Source: Lama guanicoe
Lineage: Eukaryota
Direction of reading: 5' to 3'
Length of the DNA stretch: 64,000 bases
NCBI GenBank assembly: GCA_013239625.1
Contig: MU053881.1
Coordinates: 10,129,957 to 10,193,956, forward strand
Position numbers and translations under genes: made by a program. Numbering within the stretch: position 1 is the stretch's first letter; each line of letters opens with the position of its first letter. Shown piece after piece: positions 1 to 13,244 of this stretch. Below the pieces are notes generated by a model. The model was not told the DNA's origin, searched no databases, and worked only from the letters and a program-made list of their open reading frames with translations.

Positions 1-16
1 GAGAGAAGCCCATTGT

Positions 17-80
17 TTCATTCATTCATTCATTCACTCAAATATGTACTCAACATGCTAAAGCACTCCACTACTTAAGC
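17..80 (-). mobile_element. L2 LINE 3' tail remnant
   Basis: (TTCA)n run followed by ctcaaatatgtactcaacatgcta, the reverse complement of the typical L2 3' terminus. Confidence 0.55.
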
Positions 81-477
81 AGTTTTGTTTTTCCTAGGCA
101 ACAACACAGACATTCTATTTTTTCCCCCACAAGAATAAGATATATTCACTGCAAAATTAACTCTAGTTTTATTTTACTGAAGGGACTGATGAATATCATG
201 ATAACCTGAAAAATATGCAGATTTTTCAGAGGGCCCCAGTACAGAGGGAAATAGACTCAGTTTAGTATGAAAGAGAAATGGACAATTTGCCCATTAACTC
301 TTTATTAGATTGACAATGGAAGGTTAATTGATAACTCAATAATTTTAACTATAACCATGGTATTCCTTCAGCTTAGAATACAGGAAGAACAGAATCATTG
401 GCTTAGAAAAACTCACAGGTAAGTCACTTCTAAAAGTTGTTAATTGAATTTAAAAAAATCTATAAACAGTCTATTCT

Positions 478-1838
478 GAGACCAAAGCAATCTTGAGAAA
501 GAGTAACAAAGCTGGAGATAGCACATGCCCTGATTTTGAACTATACAACAAAGCTGTAGTAATCAAAAGAATATGGTACTGGTGTTAAAAACAGACACAT
601 AGACCAATGGAGCATAATTGAGAGCCTAGAAATAAACCAACACTTCATGTGGTCAATTAACTTACAACAAAGAAGCCAAGAACATTCTATGGGGAAAGGA
701 CAGTCTCTTCAATAAATGGCACTGAAAAATTGGACAGACACATGCAAAATAATGAAATTAAACCACTATCTTACAACATACACCAAAGTTAACTTACAAT
801 TGATCAAAAACTTAATGTAAGACCTGAGACCATAAAACTAGAAGAAAACATAGACCTAGAAAAAAACATAAAACTGGTAAGTTTCTTGACATCAGTCTTG
901 GTGTGGAGTTTTTGGATCTGATCCCGAATACAAAGGCAACAAAAGTAAAACACAAAGTAGAACTATATCCAGTGAAAAGCTTCTGCATAGCAAAGGAACA
1001 CGTCAACAAAATGATAAGGCAACCTACTGAATGGGAGAAGATATTTGCAAACCATATATCCGATAAGGGTTAACATCCCAAATACATAACGAATTCAAAC
1101 AACTTAATAGAAAAACTATACGATTAAAAAATGGGCAGAGGATCTAGACAGACATTTTTCCAAAGAAGACATACAGGTGGTCAGCAGGCACATGAATAAA
1201 TGTTCAACATCTCTATTAGGGAAATGGAAATCAAAATCACAGTAATATATCACCTCATACCTGTTAGAATGACTATATCATCAAAAAGACAAGAAATAAG
1301 AAGTGTTGGCAAGGATGTAGAGAAAAGGGAACCCTCCTACACTATTGATGGGAATGTAAATTGATGCAGCCTCTATGGAAAACAGTATGGAGGGTCCTCA
1401 AAAAATAAAAAATGAAGTTACCATACACACACAGACACACACACACAAGGGAAAGCTACTCAGTTATAAAAAAAAAATTTATCCAAAAACACGGGTGGAA
1501 CATGACGGTATTATGCTAAGTGAAATAAATCAGAAAGAAAGACAAATACCACACAATTTTATTTACATGTGAAATATGAAAAACAAAAGAAATGAACATA
1601 CAAAGCAAAACTTATAGATAACAGAGAACAGATTGGTGCTTATGAGAAGGGAAGGGCGCTAGGGAGTGGGCGAAATGGGTGAAGACGGTCAGTTGTACGG
1701 TGAAGGATGGTAACTAGACTTACTATGGTTCTTACTTCATAGTGTACATAACACTTGAATTATTATGTTGTACACCTGAAACTACAACAGAATAATATAT
1801 TGTTAATATAATTTACCAATTTTATTTCAAAAAAAAAT
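478..1838 (+). mobile_element. 5'-truncated LINE-1 (ORF2 C-terminal part + 3' UTR + A-rich tail), laurasiatherian L1MA-like, degraded
   Basis: L1 ORF2 3' motifs (caaagcaatcttgagaaa, gacagtctcttcaataaatgg, ggcaacctactgaatgggagaagatatttgcaaacc, atgctaagtgaaataa); 3' UTR ending tgttgtacacctgaaact...ttcaaaaaaaaa; multiple stops and frameshifts. Confidence 0.93.
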
Positions 1839-2419
1839 CCCTCTGGAGTAGTACATAATGTCTACTCTTTGCCAGGAGCATGAAATAAAGGCTCAGACAA
1901 GGGAATTCTGTAATACTGAAATTTCTAACATCATGTGGTCATAAATAAGTTACCTAATAGATAAAGTCTTACTTTGAGCTGGCAATGTGCTAACACCTAT
2001 ATTCTCTTTATCTTTAAAAAAGCAGTTTGATCCTCGAGAAAACTCTTTTGCAGTTTATTTTATGAAAAGTTAAAAAATACATTGTTTCAGTCTAGATTGA
2101 TGCTATATTTCCACACATTCTACAGATGGGGTCAGTTCTAGAAAAACTGGGCTCTCATTTCACTTTCCTGAGAAATCTAAGCTGCAGTATGATTCTGGTG
2201 GAGCCTCAGTGAGTATCATTAGAAGGCTCTGATGTAGGTAAATGTTTGCAGACAGAGGACACCGAGCAACAACTTAATTTCAACAAAAATGGCACAACTG
2301 TCAGTCACTACTTTAGAATCTGAACGTATGAAAAAGGAAAGAGAAAAAAAAAGAAGATAGTAAGATTTTTCTTAAACAAGGTCAATCATTCTGTTCTTAG
2401 CCATGTAGTTAACTAATGA

Positions 2420-2600
2420 GTTCATTTATTTGTTCATGCAATCATATAAGTACTAATCATCTAGCATGTGCCAAAATCTCAGTTAAGCAGTGTAAGATAT
2501 AATGGTTCACAGAGACTCAGGGACCTTAAAGTGGAATGAGAAGGACACATAAGCAACTACACAACTACAATGTAGTGATACAAGTGCCAAGTTAAGGGCA
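2420..2600 (-). mobile_element. L2 LINE 3' fragment
   Basis: ttcatttatttgttcatgcaa...ctagcatgtgcca resembles the reverse L2 3' end. Confidence 0.55.
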
Positions 2601-3016
2601 CTTTTGGTTTAAGCATAAAATGGGTTTCAATTATGCTGCTGATGGGAGCCAAATGAAACTAATTTTAACTTACACAACTGCATGTAGGGTTACCGTACTG
2701 CTGGGAGTAAAGGTGGCCCCCTTTACTCGTATATGTCTTCACTGGGATGCACTTCATCTTTTATGTAATTTAGTCATTAAAAATAGAGAGGAGAGGGACA
2801 GACATGAAGATCTAAAACATTTCTGATGGAAAACGCTGCAAGATAGGACAAGAAGGGGAACAGAACATAAAGGAAATTAGGATCTAAATATTTTCTCTCA
2901 TTAGAACACTGAGATCTCACAGATCAATGGTGACTCTTGGCACAATGTGGAGACTACTAAATGTACCTTAGCTTTTTCCTGTTGGTTCCTTTCTTATGAT
3001 GAAGAAAATGACTGTG

Positions 3017-3018
<2 letters not shown>

Positions 3019-3054
<36 letters not shown>

Positions 3055-3081
3055 GGGATGTGTAGGTGTGTGTGTGTGTGA
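3019..3081. repeat. interrupted (GT)n microsatellite
   Basis: direct reading: long GT run, short spacer, second GT run. Confidence 0.95.
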
Positions 3082-3322
3082 GTGTACTACTAAGAGGTGT
3101 AATACTCAGGAGCCATGTAAATTTATTGAGGAACATTTACTTCTTACGGATACTGCTACCTGGGCGAACTGCAGAGGCCCAGGCTGAGGCCTCAGAGGGG
3201 CAGGTAGCTGGACCAGCAACACTGATCTTCACAGGTTTTTTCTCACTGCAGAGGATTGTGGTCTGAACCACAGTGGCAGTAAGGATGGGGAAAAATACAT
3301 GGCCTTCAGAGATGCTAAAAGG

Positions 3323-3849
3323 TGTTGGACTAGTTATCTACTGCAGCGTAACAACTTACCCCAAACATTAAGTCAACATTTATTATCTCACACATCTCCA
3401 TTATCTCGCACAGTTTACAGGAATCTAGAATCACCTGAGCTGAATGATTCTGGTTTAGGGTCTCTCAAGAGGTTGCAATGATGACATTGACCAGAAATGT
3501 AGTCAATCTGAGGGCTTGAATAAAGCTGGATAATTTTTTTTTTTCCCACAGAGGCTCACTCACATTCCTTGCAATTTAGTGCTGGTTGTTGGCACAAGGC
3601 CTCAGAATTCCTCACCTTTTAGACCTCGCTATTTAAGTTTATTTGAGTGTCCTCACGACAGTGTAGTTAGTTCTCCCCAGAGCAAGTGATCCAAGAGACT
3701 GAAGGGGACCTAGCCATGGAAGTCACACCATTTCTGCAATACCTAGGGGTCTCAGAGGCCACCCTTTTCTGTGTGAGGGAGACTACACAGAGGTATGAAT
3801 ACCAGGAAACAGAAATCATTGGGGGACATCTTGAAGGCTGGTTATGACA
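3323..3849 (-). mobile_element. MaLR solo LTR (MLT1F/G-like)
   Basis: TG...CA ends; MLT1 motifs ctgcagcgtaacaacttacccca, ggctcactcaca, gagtgtcctcac, ccagagcaagtgatccaagaga, ggaagtcaca, atgaataccaggaa...gggggacatctt. Confidence 0.8.
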
Positions 3850-4269
3850 GAGGAAGAAGCAAAATTACTTGTTTATTGGCAGTTTGGATACAAGAAAGAG
3901 TGAGGAAATTAAATATGAAACTCAGAGTCTGGCTTCTGACAGTATCACTGCTTTTGTTTAGAAGTGCTTTGCATTTACACTTTCCTGCTGAGTATTTGTT
4001 AATACATATAGATGGTGACTGTTATTCCTCTAGGGAAAGTCACTGGTCCAATTTGTTAGATCACAGTGAGGTGGTTAACTGGTAACATCTCCTGGAGAAA
4101 GGTAAGGAAAAGGTCCTGGGGACTGTTATGAAACTATTCCAACAATTTAATGAAACCAGGCTGTCTATATCTCTCAGATAGACAAAAGGTGTAGGAACTG
4201 AGAATTAATCAGTAGTCGTGAGCACTGGAGAACAAGTTTAAGGTTGGTAGGATATGAGAACTGCCGATT

Positions 4270-4502
4270 TTAGCTTTTTAACACGTTGTGCTATTGCACA
4301 TCAGGGTGGATTATTATTTTTCTGTTGTTGTTATGGGTACACGCCTCTTTATTGCACAGTATTTACCAGCATCCTTTGCCTCTATACTCACTAAATGCCA
4401 GTAGCACCTTCCTATCATTGTGAAAACAATCCGATGCTAGACATCACCAGATGTACCCACTGGGCTGGGGGACAAAAACACCCTTAGGTGAGAAAAATTA
4501 GT
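4270..4502 (-). mobile_element. MER20-like hAT-Charlie non-autonomous DNA transposon
   Basis: cagcatcctttgcctctatactcactaaatgccagtagcacc...agacatcaccagatgtaccc matches the reverse complement of MER20. Confidence 0.8.
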
Positions 4503-5224
4503 CTGAGAACTGTTTTTGGCTAGTTAAAAAAAAAAACCCTTTTGGTTAAAGCTTTGAAAAAACTATGTTAAAATAAAAATCTGGCTTTGGTGAAATCTTG
4601 TGATTAACCCACCTCCTCAAGTCAGTGCTTGTCATGAAAATAGAATTTCTCTCTAATTCAACTCAAAATACAGGGCAAGGAACTCATTCAGATAAAAATG
4701 AAAACAAAATTTTATGTCAAGCCAGCCTTCAAAAATGGAATGCCTGCAGTCTAAACCTTCTAATGATTTGGACTTTTTGTATTGGAAAAGGCACCTTCTG
4801 CTCTCCTTTACTATTGGAGAGAAGTAAAGATGAAATTGCCTGATGGGATGGAGTAGAGACCTGTATTCTGAGGAGCTTTGCCTAGAAATAGTATTAGAGA
4901 AATATTTATGGGAAAATTCAAGAGTCTTTTCTAAAAATGACCTTATAAAGTGCCATAAGTCTTACTGTTATTCCCATCAAAGTCCCAGAGTTATTCCAGG
5001 TCAGGCTAAAGTCCACAAAACTTGGGAAACCAGTAAGAATATATTTCTACCTTTATTTGTGGAAGGTGTAACAAAAAAAATTTCCTGCTGTAATAAGTAA
5101 GGCAGATTGCACAATAGCTAGTTGCTTTCTTCCAAAATATATAGCCTTAAGATTATTTTGAACATTGCTAAAATGTATCATCGAAGAGTAAATCACAGAA
5201 TGACTTTAAGAATGAAAGATTATG

Positions 5225-8200
5225 AAGTTCTGTGGACCATCTTCTTAGGATCACAACCATATTAGTAAAACCCATTAAAAACAATCACCACCACCATCAT
5301 ATAAAACCTGGAAACTGTCTAAGGGCATACAGAAAATTAAAACAAGACTAAACTAAACTAAACTAATCTTATTAAGAACTGCAAGAGTCCATGGTACTTG
5401 AACCAAGACTCTCGCTCCCACCCCAGCTCAGCTTGATGGAAGCTCTACCCAGAGGAGGCACAGCCAAGAATATAGTGATAAGACATTCTTTCTCCTCAGC
5501 ACCTACTAGTTCTAGCCAAGTTGCTTTCCCTGTAGGAGGGTTAGGTCCCCAACATTTTTAATTCTCCCCAGCTCTGTGTTGCAGAAGCTATTCAGGCAAT
5601 TAACAGCTGAGAAGTCTGGGGCTTTCCTTTTCCACCCCGCTCCCACTCATAGAGCAGAAACTCTACTACTCTCAGTGGCAGACTGAGAACCCTGGGGCAC
5701 CAGTTGCCCTAACCACAGCTCACTAGTCGGGTAAAGGTTTTATGCCAGGAAAGGCAAGCTGAGAAGACCGGTGACTACCAACCCCACTTAGTTTCTTCCT
5801 CCTAAAGCAGGGGTGTCACTCTGAGAGAAGGCCACTATTTCCCTTTCACTGCTAAGAGCAGTGGTACAGAGATTTTGCCTAGAGGAAAGGCAGGCTTTAA
5901 GAACAGAGACCTTCAAAGTTCTCCCAAAGAAAACTGCATTTAGTATAGTCCATAGGGAAGTTTAAGCTGAATGGTGTCCTTCAAACCTAAGGATATTTTG
6001 GTGACAAAGCAATTAAGAGGAGGCTGGTGCTCCTGGAGAACAGCAAGTTAAATTGTTGATGAAATAGAAGTTTCCCAGGGAGGACCAGGAAAAGAGTCTA
6101 AGAAGATTTCCCTTGCAGTTGAAGCAAGACTCAAAATCTGACCCAAAGGCTACTCCTACAAGAGGACTGAGTTGATTGGATCAGACACTGGAGTGGTTTA
6201 TGCTCTGTGGTGTTGTTGAAAAATATAGAAAAATCAGCTGGCAACTGATGGAGAATCCAGCCAAAACACTGTCATCCCAGAGAGAATGTGTGAGAAGTAA
6301 CGGCAGAGGCTGTGCATTGTAGGGGAAATAAACTTCACTAAAATGATCCAGCCAACTCACTAAAGAAACAGAAAAGCAAACAACAACAAAAAACAAGACT
6401 CCAAAGGTAGGGATCAAAATCCAGAGTTTCTACAATTTCTAAATTTTCTAAAATGTACAGTTTTCACCAAGAAAAGAAAAGAAAATACTAGACAAAGAGA
6501 CAGGAATATAAGTCTCATACACAAGAAAAAAGCAGATACAAGAAACTGCCATTGATAGGGCTCAGAAGGTGGACTCAGCAGACAGAGACTTCAAAGAACT
6601 ATTATAAATTTGTTTCAGGAACAAAAGGAAATCCTGATTAAAGAGGTAAAGCAAGGTATGATGATAATACCTCACTAAACAAAGAATATTGATAAAGATA
6701 CAGAAATTCTAACAATAAACTAATGGGAAATTCTGGATTTTACGAGTACAAAAACTTAAAAGAAAGTTACACTAGAAAGGTTCAAGACTAAAGCTGAGCT
6801 AGCAGAAGACAGAGATAGTGAAATGAAGGATAGGTAGATAAAGCTTATGCAATCTGAAGAACAAAGAAAAAAAGAATGAGAAATAATGAGCAGAGCCTCA
6901 GAGAACTGTATGCGTAATGAGAGTACTAAAAGATAAGAGATAGAAAAAGAAAAAAATGTATTTGAAAAAATAACGGCTTAAACCTTTTCAAATTTGATGA
7001 CAAACAGTTATCCACATGTTCAAGAAGCTCAACAAACCCCAAAGAAGAGAAATCAAAGAGACTCTAGACACATCAGAGCAAAAATGTTGAAAGCCAAAGG
7101 CAGAGAACATCTTAAACCTGCAAGAGAAATACATTATCAAGTACTAAGAAATCTGAATGAGATTAACAGTGGACTTTCTAGCAGAGACAATGAAATCTGA
7201 AAGGCAATGAGATAACATATTTAAAGTAAAAACTGTCAACCAAGAAATCATTGACACAGGAAAACTATGTTTCAAAAATGAGAGTGAAATAAAGACATTC
7301 CCACATGAGCAAAAACTGAGAGAATTTGTTTATGGCATATCTGACTTACAAGAAATACTAAAGAGATTTCTTTAGGCAGAAAGGAAATCAACCCAGGCAG
7401 TAATTTGAATCCACATGAAAAAATAAAGTGTGTTGTTAAAGATAATTATGTAATTATGAAAGACAGTTTAAGTGCATATTTCTTTTTCTTGCATCTTTTA
7501 ACTCATCTAGAAAGTAATTGTATAAAACAATATGCATATAATTTTATTGTTGGGCCTGTAAAATATAGACATATAATACATTTGATAATAATAGCAGGAG
7601 GCCAGTGGGAGAAAAGCTGTACTGAAGTCAGGAAATGACACCAGGTGGGAACTCAAATCGACAGGAACAAATTAAGAGAAGTAGACATGGTAAATAATAA
7701 AATTAACATGACAAACTCTATAAATAAATACTTGATCTCTTTTCTTCTCTAAGCTTATATAAGAGACATACAATTACATAAAGTAATAACTGAAACAATG
7801 TACTACGGCTGTTACAACCTACATAGATGTGGCATGTATGTAATAATAGCAAAACTGGGAAGAAAGAATAGAGTTATAGAGGAGCAACATTTCAATATTT
7901 CATTAGAATTAACCTAGTATAAATCCAAACTACATATTCATAAGTTAAGATGTGTATGTGGTAAGCCTTAGTGTAAACACAGAAAATAACTCAAAAAGTA
8001 ACTAAAAGTTATAACATATTAAAGTGTTGCGCTAGAAAATACTAAACTATTTTTTAAAAAGTAATAAAGGAAGAGATAATAAAATACAGGGGACATAGAA
8101 CACAGAAAGTGAAATGGCATCTATAAATCTAATATATGAATAATAACACTAAATGTGAGTGGATTCAATAATTAAATCAAAAGGCAGAGATTGCCAGATT

Positions 8201-10610
8201 GGAGGAAAGAAAAGAAAGGAAAATGAAAGGAAAGGAAAGGAAAAAGAAAAGGGGAAGAGAAGGGGAAGGAGGGGAGGGGAGGCAACATGAAACAAGATTC
8301 ATCCCTATGTAGTCTACAGGGGATATACTTTACATTCAAACAAAGATAAAAATTGGTTGAAAGGAAACTATTCAAACAACACAATAAGAGTCCTGAAGTA
8401 ACTATAGTAATATTAGTCAAGTATATTTTAAGAGAAATAGGGACTTAACAATACTAGTTTGACACTTTGATACCCCACTTTCGATAATGATCAGAACAAT
8501 TGGGCTAGTCAGAAAGTCAACAAAGAAATAAAATACTACAGCAACCAATTAGACCTAACAGACATCTATAGTTAGAATACTCAACCGAACTACAGCAGAG
8601 TATGTATTTTCTCAAGTGTACGCGGAGTCTTCTCTAGGATAGGCCATATGCTACACTACAAAAGAAGTCTCAGTACATTTTTAAATTATTTAAGTCATGC
8701 AAAGTATGTTTCCAACCAAAATGGAATTAAATTAGCAATCAATAATAAATAATTTTGAGACATTCCCCAATATGATGAAATTAAACAACACACTCCAACA
8801 TGAACCAATGGGTCAAAGAAGAAATCACAAAGGAAGTTAGAAAATACTTTAAAATGAATGAAAATGAAGACACAACATACCAAAACTAATGAGATGCTAT
8901 GAAATCAGTCTCTATAAATAAATGTATAGCTGTAACACTTACAATGACAAATAGGAAAGATCACAAGTCAGTTGTCTACCTTCTACCCTAAGACTGAGAA
9001 AAAAAAAAAAGGCATACTAAATCTAAAGCAAGCAGATAGAGGAAATAATAAAGATTAGAGTAGGAATTAATAAAACAGAGAGTAGAAAAATAAGAAAGAA
9101 AAACGGATGAAACCAAAAGTAGCTTCTTTGAAAAAATCAAGTAAGTTGAAATACAGTCAATAAGAAAAAAGAGACAGAAGGCTCAAATTAGTAAAATAAA
9201 AAATAAAATAGGGGTTATCACTACCAGGCTTCCAGAAATAAGGGTATCATAAGGGAATACCATGAACAACTGTGCCAACAGATTATATAACCGTGAAAAA
9301 AACTCTGAAAAAAAAAAGTAAAGAGAATGAATTACTAATTCAAAATTTCACATACAAAAAATTAAGAAGCCAAGATTTAGATGACTTCAGTGGTGAATTC
9401 TATCAAACCTTAAAAAAAAAAAGAATTAATACCAAAATTTAGGGACTCTTTCAAAAAATATGAGAAAGTAACACACATCAGCTTATTCTATGAGATCAGT
9501 ATTATCTTCATGCCAAAATGGACAAAAACATTACAGAAAACTAAAACTACAGATAAGTATCTCTTATGAATATAGATACCAAACTCCACAACAAAACACT
9601 AGCAAACCAAATCAGCAATATATAAAAGTAATTATACAACACAACCAAAGGAGATTTATTCTACAATTTGTTAGTAGTTTGGCTTCTGAAAATCAACCAG
9701 TGTCATACACCATATCAATGGAATAAATGACAAAAACTATGTGGTTATTTCAATACATACATAAAAGGCATTTGACAAAATCTAACACACTTTCATGATC
9801 AAAAACAACAACAAACTAGAAATAGCAGGAAAATTCTTCAGTCTGACAAATGGTATCAATTAAAAAAAAACACACACAAATAAAGTTAGTGATGAAGGAC
9901 TGAATGTTTTCCCCTAAGACTGAGATCAAGACAAGGATGTTCACTTTCACCGAAGCAATTAGGTAAGAAAATGAAATAAATAGTATCCAGATTGGAAATA
10001 GGGAGTTCAAACTACCTGTATTTACAAAGGATATGATCTTGTATAAGGAAAATTCTGAGACATACTCTAAAAAGCTATCAGAACTAATGAACAAGTGGGC
10101 AAGTTTGCAGTGTGCAGGATGACTGTTTAAAATCTGATTTCTACATACTTGCAATGGACAATGTGAGCATGAATTCAATTAAACAGTTTCACATAATATA
10201 GTGTCAGAATGGTGAAATAACTAGGAATCTGGGAATAAATTTAACAAAAGAGGTGAAATGATGCAACTACATTGAAAGAAATATAAACAGATACAAATAC
10301 ATGAAAATGCATCCCATTTTGTAGATGGATAAATGATATTGTTAAGATAGTAATAATTCCCCAAATGATCCATGGATTCAAAATGATTCATGTCCAAATT
10401 CCAGCTGGCATCTCTCACGAAAATATGAGGCTGATCCTAAATTTTTTATGGAAGTGTAAGAGGCCCAGAACAGCCAAAACAGAACTGAAAAATGACAACA
10501 CTGGAGGGCACACCTTGCCTTCTTCAAAGCTTACTACAGAGCTACTGTAATCAGGTCAATGTGATACTGGAATAGGAATGGACATGTCGATCAATGGAAT
10601 AAAATTAGAG
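5225..10610 (+). mobile_element. old L1M-type LINE-1 (5' UTR, ORF1 ~6500-7390, long inter-ORF region, ORF2 ~8140-10610), 3'-truncated and heavily degraded
   Basis: ORF1-like peptide (QEAQQTPKKRNQRDSRHIRAKMLKAK); ORF2 start ataataacactaaatgtgagtgga (IITLNVxG); RT-region motifs aaaggcatttgacaaaatctaacac and cccctaagactgagatcaagacaaggatg. Confidence 0.9.
8201..8282. repeat. polypurine (GAAAG/GGAAG)n low-complexity tract inside L1 ORF2
   Basis: ~80 nt almost entirely G/A, interrupting the endonuclease region. Confidence 0.9.
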
Positions 10611-10720
10611 GGATATTATCTCCATCATCAGATGAAAAAATTGAGGCCAACAGAAGTTTATTAATTTGGCCAAGGTCACAAATAAAAGCTCAAAAAAGCA
10701 GAATTTGCCATATTCTACAT
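10611..10720 (-). mobile_element. MIR SINE core fragment
   Basis: attatctccatcatcagatgaaaaaattgaggcc...ttggccaaggtcaca. Confidence 0.75.
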
Positions 10721-11299
10721 TTACATCAAGTCATTTTTCATTTTCATTAAGGAATTTAACTGGTGTTTTTAAGGGTGAACAAATTCACAGGTCATTGCAA
10801 CATGTGGACTTATGTTTCTGAACCTGCTTCTAAGCAAAATATATACGCTGAAATTAATTATAACAGTGCGGTATAGAGGGATTGTATAAGTGAAATCATT
10901 CCAATGAGCATTAAATAAATTTCTGACATGACAAATTCTAGAAGAATTTTTAAGTTCTAATATTCTGAGATTTTTTAACATTTTCTAAAAGAAGCAATGT
11001 CTTTCTTTCTCAGAAATGATACGTTTCATTTCAAAATTTCCGGCATAAACATTCTAATAAGAGTTTTAGTCTCTCTCTGTCAGAAGGATGATTGCTTATT
11101 GTATACCAAAGCTGTGTTCACATTCTTTAAAAATTGTGAGAATGTGACTTTTCAAGCTTGGTGTTCAAATAATATCAACTTTTATGCAAAAATCTTGATT
11201 CAGATTGTAAATATAAACTGTCTTGATTATGTCTTTTAGCTTATTGCTTAAAGTGTTTTATTCAAAATTAAGAATTTATTTAGCATGCTTATTTAGTAG

Positions 11300-11805
11300 T
11301 GTGTGATATTTCCGCAGGGCAGTTCTTCACATTAAATACGTCCTGTAGCAGTTTTTTGTCCCAGGCTGTCTTTTCAAAAATGTTTATATATCCGAATGAC
11401 CTTGGAAGATAGAGATAGTATCTCCCTCTGGGACAAAGGGCATATTTTTTTCCCTGAAGAATATAATAAAAATAACTTCCCCCTCTTGGGCAAGGACTCA
11501 ATACCTTTGCTAGCAGAGCCTTTAAAAGATTGGGGTTTCCTAAGATCCATGTTCCTCAGAACGACAGAGATACACTGTGCACATAGCATCCACCTAGGTC
11601 CATCTCATCATTGCCCTATGGGACTTGGAGGTCAAGAGGAACTAATGCAAACATGAAGTTTCGCTGCCTGCGGTGCTGGGAGAGATAGTCATGGGTGTTG
11701 AACCCAGAAGTCTCATGTTTCTGCCAGCATCCAGGATACTGTGGCAAGCTATCTTGTTAGATTGTAACTAGGAAAAAAATCTCAAACCCTTCACAGTTAC
11801 TGACA
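11300..11805 (+). mobile_element. ERVL-class solo LTR (MER76-like)
   Basis: 3' end ctgccagcatccaggatactgtggcaagctatcttgttag...aaatctcaaacccttcacagttactgaca and internal gaccttggaagatagagatagtatctccctctgg match remembered MER76-family sequence. Confidence 0.7.
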
Positions 11806-12399
11806 GCTATAACTTTCTCAACACAGACTCACACAATGTGGATATTCTTAACATAATACGCAAACATTGATAAAAAGTACATCGCCAAATCCACATGTCT
11901 AATGGCTATGATAATGATCATAACAGATCCGTATAATGAAACGTGCACCTTGATCACCCATGGTCACCATTTCACACGTTCATTTGTAAATCATGGAGTT
12001 TTCTTACATACGTTCTATTTTTTTGTTAAAAAAATTAGTTTCAGCATACTAAAATTGCAATTATATTTTTCTATTAAACTTTACATATATACTTTCAGAG
12101 TTTATTATCAGAGATAAACAGAAACCCAAGCACAACATCATAGGTGTAAATGCTTTTACTAATGGTTTTTTGGACTCCCTATGATTGTCAAATTTAAAGC
12201 TTTTGTGTTAGCTAAAAACCCATGGACAATATACTTTTGTCAGCTTAAGCCTTAATCCAAAAATAGTCATCTAAAAAAAAAAAACCAAAAAACACTGACT
12301 ATGCTAGCGTAGTATCAGACATACTTTTCACCAAATAAATCTGTGTTACAAAATTAAGTAGTTGTTATACATTTTTTTCCCTTTCTAGTTCAAATCGAA

Positions 12400-12487
12400 T
12401 AAGCTAGGAAGGCAAGGACTATTCCTCCTTGTGTTCTACACCACCAACAAACAGTGCCCACGATAATAAACGTTAACTGAATGAATG
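12400..12487 (+). mobile_element. L2 3' end
   Basis: gaaggcaaggact...acagtgcc...aataaacgttaactgaatgaatg. Confidence 0.6.
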
Positions 12488-13244
12488 TACTGTTATGTTA
12501 AAAGCTCCTACTGTTGCTACGCTTTAAGAATACTGAACTACTAAAAAAAAAAAAAAAGACTTGGGTTTTCACATTCAGATGGCGAGTCCACCTGATACCG
12601 CCAGAGTAATTAGTACTGTAAAGGCTGTTTGAGAAAAATGTACAGAGGAAAACTCTGGCCAATTCTATTCAAGGTCATCTAACTAATTTGAAACATCACT
12701 GGTTCAAGTCAAACATCCTATGTAACTCCTGAAGGTCTCTGCACCGCCTAACAAAATTCACTACGAAACGGCCGACATTTATAAAATGCCCAACCTTCCT
12801 TAGGTGACACTGTCAGTAATAACCACAGACAGGACCCGGCCTACAGGGCTCAAGGGCTGAAACTGACAGAAAGGCAGGCAAAATATGAACAAGCGAACTG
12901 CGAAAGCGGGTGACTCCCACCATCTGCTTAGCTTGTTTCGACTCTCATTTTGCCAGGAGCCTTTTGAGAAGACATGAAACCATGCTGATGCCCTCCGTCG
13001 TATGTTCTCTCTCCTTCCCACCTGCGATGCCCTCTCCATGCTCAATGACACTACTTTGGCTTTGCCCTTCCCTACTGAAATGTACAAGATGAAGGAAGGC
13101 GAAGGAAGGGGATCCCCAAGCCCACAAGCATGTTGAGGATGAGGGAAGGATGGGAAGTTAAGCTCCACTTTTTTTGGGGGGGGGGTAGGATGTGGAAGGG
13201 CCAAATTAGGATATGGTCCACAACACCGCAGGCCACGTGGAAAC

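Noticed and set aside
2996..3266. Cys/Val-rich ORFs
   Set aside because: Translation of the (GT)n microsatellite
6994..10550. ORFs inside the old L1 as host genes
   Set aside because: They are fragments of L1 ORF1/ORF2 or their antisense, broken by stops and frameshifts
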